Assembly (NCBI RefSeq): GCF_009834535.1
Contig: NC_045697.1
Location: 11,038,001 to 11,102,000, forward strand
DNA from: Camelus ferus
Taxonomy: Eukaryota
DNA length: 64,000 bases
Direction: 5' to 3'
Shown here: one piece after another, positions 1-13,619 of the stretch
How the letters are laid out: the number at the start of each line of letters is the position of its first letter
Position numbering within the stretch: the first letter of the stretch is position 1
Made by a program: the position numbers and the translations under genes
The notes under the pieces: model-generated
What the model was told of the DNA's origin: nothing
Seen by the model: the letters and a program-made list of their open reading frames with translations, nothing else
Database searches by the model: none

Positions 1-213
1 CACCTGCCACGTGCCAGGCATTATTGTTAAGCCCTCTGTATGTATTTTTTATTTAATTATCATGACAACTCGGCGGAGGAAGTCTCTTTTGCTATCCTCA
101 CATTACAGACGAGAAAACAGAGGCAAAGATGGTTGAAGTAACTCATTCGGGGTCACACTAACAGTCAGCAGTTGAGCTGGGATTGGAATTCATGCGGTTT
201 CAGTCCTGAGCCT
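1..213 (-). mobile_element. MIR SINE
   Basis: Reverse of the MIR core (acagacgagaaaacagaggca...ggggtcacac...gagctgggatt) and tail (gtgccaggca). Confidence 0.8.
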
Positions 214-1039
214 GCCTTGGTGAATGACGCAGAAGCCTCCATCCCTGATCTGAAGGTGCCCACAGCCCAGTAGGGGAGACAGGCGTGACAATGACTAAGT
301 GGTATGTGGGCATCATTTCACAAGAGAGCTGTGACAAAGAGAGGAACCCCAAGTTGTCTTAGGGTTGGGGGTCAAGGGAAGCTTTACAGATTGGGGGATT
401 TCAAGCAAAGCCTTGAGGGACACACGGTATATTCTAAGTGAAGAAGGGGAGGGAAGGCAATGGGAGCCATTTCAAGCAGAAGGAGGAAGGGGTACCAAGG
501 CGTAGGAAAGATCTGGCATGTTTGGGAGTTGGTCAGGAGTTTAGCAAGGCTGGAGAGCAGGAAACTTAGAAAAAAGAGGATAGAAACAAAGCTAGAAGGA
601 TAAGCAGAAGCTTCAATTCTCTCCGGTCACATACACACAGCAGGGCAGCCTCTGCCTGCCTCCATGTTGGTAACCATGGTGATGATAGTGGTGATGATGA
701 TAATAGATTAGATTTGCACAACACCTAGCAGTTTATGAAACACAATCACAGACATTACAGTATATCATTTGGTTCTGTGAAGAAGGCAAGGCTGGGAGTA
801 TTTTTATCCCCATGTTACACAAAAATAGTTTAACTTCCAATTGCTGACATGAATTTGTGCCAAAGTTACTCAGCCACCCCGAAAGGCAGTGGTCAAACCA
901 TGTTTTTGTTTTTGTTTTTTTTTCATTTGGAATCCAGGAGTCTATTGCTATTGCTCTTATCCAGTAAGAAATATAAGCAATCAGATTCACTAAAAGCTCA
1001 CCTTTACTCTGGCAGAGTTAGTGTTCACCAAATAGCCAT

Positions 1040-1347
1040 GTGTGCCCCTGAACCTCCCAGGATTCTGTGCAGTTGAGCCAAGGTCACGTGACCAGTTCTG
1101 CTCAATGGTCTGGGGCTGGAAGTACGGTGTCCCTTCAGGCTAAACTAGTTACTTGCTTTCTCTTAAATGCTTTCCCCCTGACTCAGCAACCTTGAACATC
1201 GTGTCTTCTAGATGGTGCAGTTTCAAGATGGAAGAGGGTGGTCAAGCTGGACTTTCAAAGTGAGAAATAAGTCTTTACTGGGTTAAGCCAACTGCAGTTT
1301 TGGGTTTTATCTTTACTCCAGGATGGCCTCTCCTCTCCTACCTACTA
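1040..1347 (+). mobile_element. Old ERVL-MaLR LTR (MLT1 family)
   Basis: ggtcacgtgaccagttctg...ggaagt and the 3' motif gtgagaaataagtctttactgggttaagcc typical of MLT1 LTRs. Confidence 0.6.
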
Positions 1348-2899
1348 TAGTTTTCAGAATGTCGGCCTTTATTCCTTCCCTTCTTTCAGTCTTTACCTCA
1401 GATCAACACATGCTTTCTGGAGAACAGAGACACATGTAAATATTCCAGAAAACACTGCAGAAAACATGCTATTGCTAATCCCATGTTAGGACTGGCTGAG
1501 ATCATTTCTCTTTCTTGCTCAAAAGTCTTCAAAGATTTTCCACTGTTTCAACAGTTGTCTGAAATACTGAGCCTGGCAAGTAAGACATTTAGTGTATTTT
1601 ATTTCCCACTAGTATTTCCTCCCCAATTTACTTTCCTGCCTCAGTGGACCACTTGGAGTCCCTGCACATGTCCTTCAAGAATTATTTACAGTCTCCTCCT
1701 CTCCTACTCGATTGTAAGTTCCTAGAAAGCTGTGGCAATCATTTGGAAAAAAGAAATTCTTCACAGGAAAAGCCTGGCATGAGAGAAATGTGCATGGGAT
1801 GGAATGTCACTGAGAAATGGATCTGTGAGGAAGGACCGTTTTTCTTGCGAACTTTGAAACTCTCAAGGCAGGTTAACTGATTTTAGAAATGATACCATTT
1901 AATGTCAGATGATTCCCTGACTAGGTTTTTCAGTCTTGGACAATTTTTATATCTATTACAAGTAATTAAGACAATACAAAATCAAGAAAATACAAAAGTT
2001 TACAGAGAAGTGCCTTATCTTTGTTCGACAAGAGCTCTATGCTTTACCTGAGAGGCTGAGTAAGCTACAGAACAAAAAAATTAGTGCTGCCTCCCAAATC
2101 GGCAGCATGAGGATTGATTAAAAGTACGATGAACTGTTAAACATTAGAACTGTGCCCACTGCACAGGAGAACCTGAGTATTTGCACAGTTACGTGCAGGG
2201 CAGGGAGCTGGTGACCTCCAGGTGATCACCATGAGTGGGGTTCCTGAATCTCTGCTTCCTTTTCTGAGACAGACATGATAGATGACAGTCAAGTGTGTGT
2301 CACCCTGCCTGGGGCATCCCAGGTGAGGACGGGATGGCAAACAAGAAAGTCTCTGCCATATTTACAACACCTAGCATGACAGTTATCACTTCACCTCCAG
2401 CTCCAGAAGAAAGCTTATCCGAACCCTATGCAAGAGAAGGACGCTACATGGATGACCTTAAATCTCATCTGATCTGTAACATAAAAAGTAAACAACACTG
2501 AATTGGGGAATTTGGCTGCCACACGTGGTCCACTCACAACTGCCAGTGATGTGTAGGAGCTGAGAATTGCTGCTTCAGGAACTGTGTGGGAGTAATAATT
2601 GCTTCATTCCTTTGCTCCAAAGGAATGAAGAGTCACCTCATCAGGTTTTCTGTGGGTGTTTCCTTTCCAAACTATTTTATTCTTCAGTGTTTCTGCTCCC
2701 TGGAGTACTTTCTGGTAAAGACTCTGCAGTCTTCTGTTTCCCAGGTGCCCAGCTCACGGCCATGCATGTAGCAGCAAATCTGTAAATATTTGTCGTTTGT
2801 GATGACATCAGGGGAAGGCAAAAGAACACAAGGAAGGTCATCATCCTGATAGGCAGCCTTGTTTGCTCCTTCACTAAGCTCATAATGATACAACACCTA

Positions 2900-4620
2900 T
2901 CGTGTACCCGCTGGAGATGTAGGCACTTGGCATAGAGCAGTGAGAGAGAGAGGGTGGAGAGAGAGAGGGAGGGAGGGAGAGAGAATCTCTGCCCAGTAAA
3001 GCTCACAATCTAAAAGGGGAAGACAGAAAAGTAAAGAAATGAACAAGACATTTTGGATACAAATAAATGCCATGAAGATAATACAACACAGTTACATGAT
3101 AGAAAATGGAAAAGCAGGCTCAGTGAAGGTCTTTCAGAGAGTGACATTTGAGAAGGGCCCAATTATGTCATGGTTTGGGAGAAGATTCTTCCCAGGCTGG
3201 AGGAAGGAAAGGGTTTGGTTTATTTGATGAAGGCTGGAGTGACTGTGGCAGAATGAGAAAGGGGGAGAGGGGCAGGGACCGCATGAAAGTAACCTGATAA
3301 TCCAGTCTAAGATGTTAGGGTCTCACTGTAAGTGAAAAGGGAAGCCAGTGGAGGGTAGCTTTTCGCCATTACAACCAAGGGTTGAAGTCTACAAAGAGTA
3401 GCTTTTCCCTTGGCTACCCTTGTTACCAAAGTTTAAGCAATTTGCAAGAAATATCTTGTTCTCTTTTCTTTTTCAATCATTCTCTCTCTTTCTCTCCTAT
3501 TAATGACTCAGCAGCCAGTCTATACCAGATATGGTGCTAGACCTCAGAGACACAACAGCCCACAGAAATTAAATTTCTGCTCTCACGCGTCTTATAATCC
3601 AGTGGACAAAGATACACAATAAACAAACAAACATATATATAACAGCTTAGGAGACGTTAAGTTTTATGAAGGAAAAACAGAAGATCGTCAGGAGGTAGAG
3701 TTCCATGCAAACCTGTAGGGACATGCCAACTGTTTTGAAAAGGGATCAGGGAGGACTTCTTTAATGGGTTAATTGATGGAAAAGGAGAGAACCCTGTGAA
3801 CACTGAGGGGAAAAGCAGTTGAGGAAGCGGGGGCTGCAAGTTCAAACACCAGTGTCAGGGAGCATCCGTGATGCTGAAGAGCAGGTGGCTGGAGGGATGA
3901 AGGGGACTGATGGGGAAGGATTGTGGGGATGGCTGGAGTCCAGACCATAGAGGACCTCATGGCCCAGTTAAGAACTTTGGATTTCATTCTGAGATTGTAA
4001 AACATTGGAGAGTTTTGAGCAGAGGTGGTGCAACATTATCCAATTCAACCTTAAAATGATAACCTGGCTGTTGGGGAGAGAACAGACTGGAAACAGGGAA
4101 AGTATTTGGATTGGTTTGGCCGCAGGAGAGGTCATCACATTTAAGACATAGTTTGAAGGGGAACCAGCAGGATTTCCCACCAGGATGTGCAGGGGCTGTG
4201 AGATGAAGAAGGGAGCAGGAGAACGAGTCAAGGAGCCTGGGCTGAGGGCATGTGGGAAAGACAAGCGTGGACAAGAGTTGAGGAATTAATTCAGTTGCGA
4301 ATAAGAGGAACTGGGTGTATCTGGTAGACCTCCAAGTGGCAGTGTTGAGTAGGCAGTTGGATATTTGGAGCTGGAATTTAAAGGGTGGTGCGGATAGGAA
4401 ATAGAGATGGAGGAGTTAGCTTAGAGATTGCATTGAAAGGTATGGGACTAAAGGAGATCTAGGAAAAAGGTGTAAAAAGAGACAAGAAGAAAACTATGCA
4501 CTGAGTCTTGGGAAGGAGGTTAAGAAAGGGCAACAGTGTGGGAGGAAGAAAACCAAGAGAGCATAAATCAAGAGAAAAAAGGTTTCAAGAAGCAATATGA
4601 GCTGTCAAAGGAACGGATAA
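2900..4620 (-). mobile_element. L2 LINE fragments (about 2900-3355 and 3480-4620)
   Basis: Purine-rich reverse-L2 signatures such as gagttttgagcagagg and gtaggcagttggatatttggagctggaattt. Confidence 0.75.
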
Positions 4621-4630
4621 CTGGATTTTA

Positions 4631-4779
4631 TTTCTTTCTTTCTCCTCTCTCCCCTCTTTCCTCCCTCCCTCCCTCCCTTCCTTCCTTCCTTCCATCCTTC
4701 CATCCTTCCTTCCTTTCTCCCTTCCTCCATCCCTCCCTCCCCCTTTCCCTTCCTTCCTCCCTCCCTCCCTCTCTCCCCC
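4631..4779 (+). repeat. (TCCC/TTCC)n polypyrimidine low-complexity repeat
   Basis: About 150 nt almost entirely C/T. Confidence 0.95.
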
Positions 4780-6299
4780 AGTTAGACTGAGACCTAGCAG
4801 GCTGGGTATTCTCTGGTTCTCTTCCCAGAATCGAGGACTCTAGGTTTTCTCCTGATATCTCCCAAAGCATGCAAAGACAGAGTGGATAAAGATATCTCAG
4901 TACAAAATAGATAAAATCATATCTAAGTACAAAATGCATCTCTTGCACTCTGTTACAATAATAATAGCACAACTGGTACTTTCCTTCCAACTTTTACCCC
5001 GGGGAGAATTGAAAAGGCACTCCAAGTGAAGGTTCAGAATCATCAAAATGTGTACACGGTCAGCATAAACGTCTCACTCTAGATGAATCCACTTCAATTA
5101 TATATTTAATTCAGCTGAGAGCTCCCCAAAGAAGGGTTATTCTGTATTCACCAGCAAAAGTATTTCCGATAACCCTCACGGGGACCATGATTTGCCAAAA
5201 TTCATGCAACCTTTTTTGTATTAATGCAGAAAAACCTGAAGGTTATTAAGTCCAGGCTTCTGACAGCCCCTGCCGTTACAAATAAAGCAGCTAATGAGAA
5301 GAAAAACTGCCCCTACCACCTTATTCCCAAATCCCCAGCCAACTTTACGCAAGAATGCTGTGACAAATGATACTTTTCACCTTTCTAACATGCCCCTTCT
5401 CCGATTATAGATTTAGATGGATAACATGACCACCAGAGTTAGGCCCTGAAGCAGATGATTGCCTCTGGCACCCACCGTATGGAATTTGTGTGAAATTTCC
5501 AAACGCCAAATGAAATCATTGTAACAGGGAAGTCTAAATCTGCAAGTGAATTTATAAAAATTAAAAGGTCTGAGAGGTAATGCTCATGGACCCATCTGTC
5601 ACATTTTTCCTCATTAAGATTTAATTGAAATGAACTCTGGTAACTGTAAGAAAAGTTACATTCTTATTTTAGACTAGCAGATAAAAGAAGGTAATTTTTT
5701 AAGCATCCAGACTCCACTGGGGGTCAGCCCTGTGCATCACTCTTTCACAACTGGCACCAGTGTAATCCTACTCGTGGAATTCAAAGCATAAGAAATGTCA
5801 TTTATTGCTCTCAAAAACGCAGCCAAGTTTTGACATTTCAGGAGCGTGGGTATCTACATTTGAAGGCACAATTAAAACAGCTTCGGAAGAAATTCTAAAA
5901 TGTGGATTGGCCCCCTACCATGTAAAACTGATTTAAAGGAAATGGAGAGTCCAAATATTATCATCTCAAATAATTACCTTATATAGACAAAGTCACCCAT
6001 TTATGTGCACTTCACTATATTGTATCAGAGGGTGTTCATGTAAAACACAGTCTTGTGTATGCATAAGTGATGTGGGAGTGTTAGAATTTGAGAGGGTCCT
6101 CATTTGGGTTTTCCTAGGCTGTTAATGTGTAGCATGCCATTTAACAGCTTGCAAATGGTGTGACAGCACTGGCTACCAGGAATTCCAGCTCCAGGCTGCT
6201 CCCTTTCCCATCAGCACTGCCAAGCTGAAAAAAAAATATCCAAATCCAAAACACTGTCTTGTCAAGGTCACCAAAACCCTCTCTGCTAACCCACTGTAT

Positions 6300-7110
6300 A
6301 TGTTCCCCACTTCTCAGGTATTTGACACTGTTGCCCACGTCATCCTGTTTAATTATAATACACTCTCCCTAGGTTTCTAGATCTTTCTCCTGACTGTCTC
6401 CTTCAATCTCTGATGGCTTCTCCTGGGTCTCTTCTTGGGTTCTCTCCTCCAAATGTTGGTCGTCCCCCTACTCTTCTGTCTCAGGCCTGCTTGCATCCTT
6501 GCTCCAGACCTTCCCAGAATAAGCTCATCCACTGTGATGGTTTTACCAATGTCCACCAAAACGGTTAGATCTTAGTTCTGATCCATGCGACCTGCGTGAG
6601 CAAAATATTTGAAAACAGAGTCTTGGCAGATATAATTAAGTGAAGGAGACTCTATCATACGGCACTGAGGGTGGATCTTACATCTAATGGCAGATGTTCT
6701 TATGAGAGAAGGAGAGGACACAGAGACACACAAGGGGAGGATGGCCATGTAAAGATGGAGGCAGAGGCTGGAGTGATGCTGACGCAAGCTAGGGAACACC
6801 TGCGGCCATCAGCAGCTGGAAGAGACAAGGAAGGATGATTCCCTAGAAACTTCACAGGGAGCATGGCTCTGCCAACTCTTTGATTATCTCCTTTTCGCTT
6901 CCAGAATTTTGAGACAATACATTTCTGTTGGTTTAAGCCTTCAAGTCTGTGGTCATTTGTTACAGCGGCCTTAGGAATGAATACATTCACCCCAATGAGA
7001 CATTAAGGGGCACTTTAAGCTAATGACCCAATTCCACAGCTGCAGCCCAGACTCTCTGGACCTCAGCACCTGTCTGGGATGTCTTCCAGGCAGCTCCCTC
7101 TCAAGATACA
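6300..7110 (+). mobile_element. L2 fragment interrupted by an MLT1 LTR
   Basis: L2-like aagctcatccactgtgatggtttt before the LTR resumes as gctaatgacccaatt...cagcccagactctct after it. Confidence 0.55.
6565..6984 (+). mobile_element. MLT1C-like solo LTR (ERVL-MaLR)
   Basis: gatggccatgtaaagatggaggcagaggctggagtgatg...catttctgttggtttaagcc...tttgttacagcggccttaggaatgaataca. Confidence 0.9.
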
Positions 7111-7218
7111 CACCCAGCCTCGGGGTCTGGCCGGCTCCTTGTTGATTCTGCTGCTGAAGCTTGGAATTCACATCATTAGTCAAGAACTATCTACACAACC
7201 AAACTGCACCCTAATTGG

Positions 7219-7470
7219 AGAGGCAGCAGCATGATGCAGGAGCTAAGAACAGGGACTCTAGAACCTGAAAGCTTGGGCTCGAAGCCTCGCTCGGGCACTT
7301 TGTTCTGATTGTTTCAACTTGGGTAAGTTTTCCACTTTATGACTTCAGTTTTCTCATCTGTAACACAGAATAACAATAATACTCACCCAGTGAGTATTAT
7401 GAGGATTAAATTAACTGCTATTTGTAAAGGGCTTAGAAGACTTGCCAGCACATAGAAAGTGTTATTTGTT
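7219..7470 (+). mobile_element. Near full-length MIR
   Basis: tRNA-like head, core ttcagttttctcatctgtaa, and tail gaggattaaat...gcacatag. Confidence 0.85.
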
Positions 7471-9689
7471 TATTTTTAAATAAATACAAATTTTACAAAC
7501 AACTAACTTTTCCTGGTTCTTGACCCAAAGGTCAGCAGGGTCTCATCCTCACCCAGGGAAGAAAAGACGGGCATTGATGGCTTGGAAGAGTATCTCTGTG
7601 CCCATCTGTTCAGCACGCCAGGAACCCACCTTCCACGGTTGACCCTCAGACTATGATTAACCCCTCTTCTTCCAGATGGTTCCAAGGCTCTTTCCCTCAC
7701 CCAAAATACTCTTCTTTTTCCCCTCTGTTCTTTCCATCCTCCCACCTTTCTCCTTGAGTCAGACTCAGCTTTGGTACAACCTCTCCCAGACACTCTCCAC
7801 TGATCCCATGGGCTGAGGTGTAATGATCTGTTTACTAATCTGTCTCTTTTATTTGACTGTCAGCTCTTTGAAAGCAGGAGCACCCTATTCCTCACAAAGA
7901 GCACAGCAAAGTGGGCCAGGGGCAGAGATGTGATGCCCTGGAGATTAAGAGCAAGGACTAGGATTTTTAGAAGATTAAAGGCATAGAGTGAGACCCCAAA
8001 ACTTGTGTCTGGAAGCAAATGAAGAAAATAGAAACATGGCATCCTATTTGATTAAGAGGTATTAGAGTGTCAAAACCTTTATGGGTTCTATAACGAATTT
8101 TATTCAGTTGTGCCCAAAACTGATCTAGGAGCTTGATGCCCACTGTTCTTCTGATTTGGAGCAGTGTCTAGATACCATGGAGCCAACAAGAAAACAATTC
8201 CTAAGAGTATCTTGCAGCCTTAGGGTCTTTGCAAACTTTTTTCTAGTTTCACCTAAATGCCCAGTCACCAGCTTTTCGGGGAGCTCAGGGGTTTAGTGTT
8301 GAAGACTAATTCATGATGGAGGCAAAGCAAGTGTCCTGCACAGGAGAGGACTTGTAAGTGTCTCAGGCATTGACTCTTAACAAGTCCACATCCACTTGTC
8401 CTTTGAGCAATTTTCTGACGCATGAGGAGGAAAACAAGAAGGGCTTCCCCTCTTTCTCTTAGAAGTCCCCATGCAGTCTGCAGTCCACCAGGGAGTCCTG
8501 CTGATGCAGCCCTTCAAATAAATCTGGAGATCATCTCCACTGTTATGGCTCTGGTCCAAGTCCTGTCATCTTTCATGTGGATTTTTGCAACAGCCTCCTG
8601 ACTGGGCTCCTATTCCCACCTCATCAACCTCCCATCTGGTCTCAACACCACAGCCCATCTTCCGGCTCAGACTCAGTCAGACTGTGGCCCTTCCCTGCTG
8701 AAGTCCTGCAATGTCACCTAGAGTGGAAACCCCCATTGTCTCAGGGGTCTACCCTGTCCTGGAAGCTGTGCCCTGGAAGCCCTGCCCCTGGAAAGGGTTA
8801 GAAAAATCACCTGCACGTGGCCTCAATGCCATTAAGCTCATAGCTAAAGTAGGGATATGGCAGACTCTGACTGACATGGTAGTTCCTTTCTAAAACAGTC
8901 ACAAAATATTTTGCAGACAGGCAGCACACAGCACAAATGGCAGAAGGGCTGAAACCAGCTGAAAATTCAAATGATGCACAAGTCATACCAAACGTCCGGG
9001 CTAGTCACCTCGTCCGGGGGGTGTTCTCTTTGCTCTTTTCAGAGCTTATCCAACCTGTATCTGCAGGACTTTGGTACCAATGGAGACAACAAGGTTTCTT
9101 AAACAAGATGGTATCCTTTGGTGTGTACAAGCTTTAGAGCCAAAGATCTAAGTTCAATTTTTTCCTTCACTATTTACTTACCCAAGTAAGTTAGGATAAA
9201 TTCCCTTGACCTCACTCTCCCCGAATGTGAGATGGGATAATAATGCTTACTTTGGAGGCTCATATTCACTCAATCCTATTTATCACTTTCTGCCAGAAGC
9301 CTGCTTAAGCTTCTAACAGAATCAATCTCCCTCTCTTCTGCAATCTCTTTCTCTACTCATAATAAATTACCAATGTGTTTATCATCCTTTCTTATTTGTT
9401 TTGCATGTCTGCCTTCTCAAGACCATGAGTTCCTGGGGAGCAAGGAGCATGTCTTATTCATCTCTGTATTCTCAAACTGGTAACGTTTATTGAATAAATG
9501 TGTGAATGAGCTCTCAGGCGGAATGGAGGGTATACTTCCTGTATGAAAATTAGTTATGATTTTGTATTTCCAAGAGACTTTCCTTGATTACCTTGGTAAA
9601 TGGTATCAGTGTGCTAGAAGAAAAGGAACTGCTGTAGTTTCACAAGAGAAGGAAAATACTAATGAGAAACCATCTCCTATTAGTAAGAT

Positions 9690-10385
9690 TGGAGAAAAAT
9701 CCCAGTACGGACTGTTGACAAGGATGAACGTAGTGGGGACTCTCGTGCGCTCTTAGTGGGAGAGTAAACTGGTACAACCCTTTTGAAATATCAAGTTTTA
9801 GAGGCACACGGCATTTTACCAACAATTCTACTCCTGGGTATATGCCCTTGAAAAATTGTGCACAAAGCTATTCACAGTAGCACAGCATGGCAGTAAAATT
9901 GGAAACTCTCTAAATGTTCATCAATAGCAGAACAGACATATAAGTTGTGGCATATTTCTGCAAGGCAACTCCTGACAGCTGTTTAAATAAATAAGAACTA
10001 CCTGTATTCACATAAATAAGTCTCAAAATCAAAAGACTGAGGAAAAAAGTTGTAAAAGGATGTGTACTGTACAGAACTCCATTTATATGGTTTAATAATA
10101 GAAAATAAAGCCATATATTATTTCTGGACACAAACATATATAATAAAATATCAAATTATGCAAATAATGGTAAGTATCAAATTTTGGATGGTGGGGAATG
10201 GAAAGAGGGAAATGGAGTTGAAGAGAGGTCTTCAAATGCAATGGTAATGTGGTTATTTCCCAAATAAAAAGACTGCAAGAAAATATACCAGAACTCTAGG
10301 ATTTTTTAAAAGTTGGGTTGTAGGTGTGTGATAATTATATTCATCTTAAAATATTTCATAACATTTTTTAAAAAGAGTTAAGAAA
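9690..10385 (+). mobile_element. Old L1M (L1MD/ME-like) 3' fragment
   Basis: gtgggagagtaaactggtacaacc...caattctactcctgggtatatgccc...aaatgttcatcaatag. Confidence 0.7.
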
Positions 10386-10666
10386 AAATTTAATCTTAAC
10401 TGTGGAAATTGCATATCAGCTAATTATTTTCAAGGTACTGTGGGAAACACTCTTCACAAGTTTATTGAGTATATAGATTCCATTGAACAAGTTCCAAAAT
10501 GGACCCGCTCCATTCAATGGCCTGAATATCTTCGAAACCCATCCCCTCCTTTCTGTTCCCACTGGGTGTTGCCTTCTTTAGGATCTCAGCCTTCCCCACT
10601 ATGGAAGCCTCCTAACCTCTTTCCTGGCCTCTAGTCTCTGCCAAGCAACCAGGGAGTCTCACTAAA

Positions 10667-10852
10667 CCAATAGCTCTTAAGCTTGGCTATACATTGAAAT
10701 TGCTTTGGAAGCTTAAATATTATACTGATGTCTGGATGTACCCCCAAAGGTTCTGAGTCAATTGATCTGGGACAGTCTAAGGATCTAGAGTTTTAACAGC
10801 ACCCTCCCCAAGTGATTACTATAATATTCAGTGGAGTTTAGAGAAATGTTCT
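10667..10852. mobile_element. MER5-like hAT-Charlie MITE
   Basis: ctgatgtctggatgtacccccaaaggttctgagtcaattgatctggga...ccaagtgatt resembles MER5A. Confidence 0.7.
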
Positions 10853-11151
10853 AAACTCACAAATACGAGTTTATAAGAAGTCCCTCACCTATTAAAAGAT
10901 CTCAGTGACTATGGGATGGTCCAGATTCCTTAGTGTGGCAGATGGTGATGCTTTGCTAATGCCCCAACCTGAATTTTTAAATACATCATTTAAGACTTTC
11001 CACCCTGATCCCCCAGCACCTGGGTATGTGTGCATACACGGGTACACCGTGTACGCACACACACACTCACAAACACACACTGCCTCTACTCTAACCATAA
11101 CTGTACCATTTCCTGCCTTCAGAATACACCATGTTCTTTCATGTTTCCAGA

Positions 11152-11505
11152 TGTTTTAGTTCACCTGGGCTGCTGTAAACAAGACACCACAGATCGGGTG
11201 GCTTGTAAATGACAGACACTTATTTCTTAGTCTGGAGGTCGAGGTCCAGGCTCAGGGCACCTGCGTGGTCTGGTGAGGGTCCTCTTCTGGACTGCAGACT
11301 GCTGACTCTTCTTGCAGGGTCTCACGTGGCTGGAGGGGCTAGGGAATCTCTCTGAAGCCTCTTTTATGAGAGTATTAATCTCCTTCACGGGGATTAGTGG
11401 AACCCTCATGACTTAAACACCTCCAAAGTCCCCACCTCCTAATACCATGATCTCTGGGGGAGTCAACAAACAAATTTGTGGGGGACACATGTATTCAGAC
11501 CATAG
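11152..11505 (-). mobile_element. MLT1A-like solo LTR
   Basis: tgttttagtt...gctgctgtaaacaagacaccacag... through ccccacctcctaatacca...gggggacacatgtattcagaccatagc. Confidence 0.85.
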
Positions 11506-13619
11506 CTCCCCCCTGGGCACATTCTGTTCCCTCTGCCTGGAATGGCCAATCTCTCCTTTCCTGACTGCCAAGCTTCTGTTCATTTTCAAACACCTCCTTC
11601 AATGTCCCTCTACCAGGAAGCTTCCTCTGATCCTCCAACAGAATGGTTCTCCCCTCAGAGCTCACAGGACAGTGGGGGTATAGTTTCACTACAACACTCG
11701 TGATGTGTAAGTGTCGCTTAGATTTCTGTCTCCTTCTTCACCATCGAGCCTTTAGAGACATGGCCTACAGGCTCTCTGTCATAGGCCACCAACCACTTCC
11801 TGTCCCCCAGTCCCCCACATCCCCAGTGTGTAATCTCACATCACCCTCCCTCTCACTCCACTCACCAGCCATTGCCCTTCTTCCTCGTCCTGCCACGGAG
11901 TCTTAGGCAGGACTGGTCCCTGAGTTTCTAAAGCTCTTCCTCTGCTCCCCCCAGTTCAAATCAACTCATCCTTAAAACTCAGTCCAAGCATCACCTTCTC
12001 AGGAAAGCCTTCTGAGATCTCCCCTAGATGGGTGAGTTTACTTGATTATATTCACTTATAAAATTTTATTCCTTTCCAAGGTGGAATTTAGTTAATTAGA
12101 AATACACACACATTTGTGTGAGACTATTTAGTAAATGTCTCTCTTTCCCACAATAAGCTGTAAGAACATGAATGCAACTACCCCTGCTCGCCCCTGTAAA
12201 TCCAGCACCACACCTGGCACCCAGCAGGTGACCTAAAACATTGGCTACAAGAGTCAGTGAATGCCCAGCACATAGTAAGTGCTCAGCGTATTTTGGTCAT
12301 TTCTGCTAAGCCTGGTGAGAGCAGCAACATATCTTCATTTTCGTAATCCCAAGGCTTTGGAGCATTCAATAAGAGATTGTTTCGTGTATTATCAAAGCTA
12401 ATGACTAGTCCTTTGGCTTCATCTAATAATCAGCATTTTAAGTATATCAAAGGTATTTTTCTCTATCATAAAACCATAGACAATAAAGACTTTGTTCACA
12501 TAGTCATTGCCACAGCTAGAAATTGCCTAAAGCCACTGGGAAATTAATAAGGAAATGATGGTTTTCAGAGAGATGAAAGATCTCTAATGAGAGAAAACCT
12601 AAGTGAACATATGTAGTTAGAAGTTGAATCAACTACATGTAAATATAGTTGGAGAAAACATGGTTATAAATACTTTTTTTTAAATGAGGCAGTCTCCTTA
12701 CCAATTTGTAGTTATACTTAATAAGGTCAGTCTAAAAATAAATATTTTTAAGAAAGGGGAAATAGCATAAGAACATTACTTAGACTCAAATGTGGGGGAA
12801 GGCAGATTCTAGAGTTTTCTAGAAAACTCTATGTCCAGAAAACCTAAGTTAAACTTCATTAATTAAATTTTTAAAAAGTAACTCTGTGTTAATATTATCA
12901 TATCCAGAGATTATTCCAGAGAGTCATGTTAAAACTGTGTAAACAGTTCCTTTTCATAAAGAATTTACAGAATTTTCATAAGCAGACAAATCTCCCTCAG
13001 GATTCCGGCATTGGCTTCTATGTGTACCTCTGAACATGAGAACATTTTTTTGTATTAAAAACCTATACGCCATGTTTCAAGAGGCTCTTTGGGTGCATGT
13101 ACCAAATTGCAAAGCACAGTGCTATTGAAAACATTTAAAATCATCTGCTCAGAGATTCTAAAACAGCACAACAGAAAGACTCGAAGGCAGTCATATTACT
13201 TTAGATTTGATTCTAGACACCAAATATTCCTGAAGGAGAAATACCCACGGATTCCCTGAAGGTCCCAAGTCAGGGATGTTGTTCTGGAGGCTCTCCATAT
13301 GCTTCCTCTTAGAATTCAAAGTCCTGACAAGGAATTTCAATGGGTAACAAAATAGACCAAATGCTCAACTGATGGAATTGTCTAAGAATTAACACTCTTG
13401 CAGTGCTATGGCTGGGCCCCAGGCTCTCTCCTCTCCCTTTCTTCCTGGGCTTCATCCTCCACGATGATCCTCAAGGTTTTAATTACCAGGTAATCAAGTA
13501 TTCATATTAATGATAATGAACTAAGAACAGAGGATGTAGGTGCAAGGTTATTAAGAAATGGAAAAAATATACATATCTATATTCATATCCAAAACACAGA
13601 TACACATGCACATACAATA

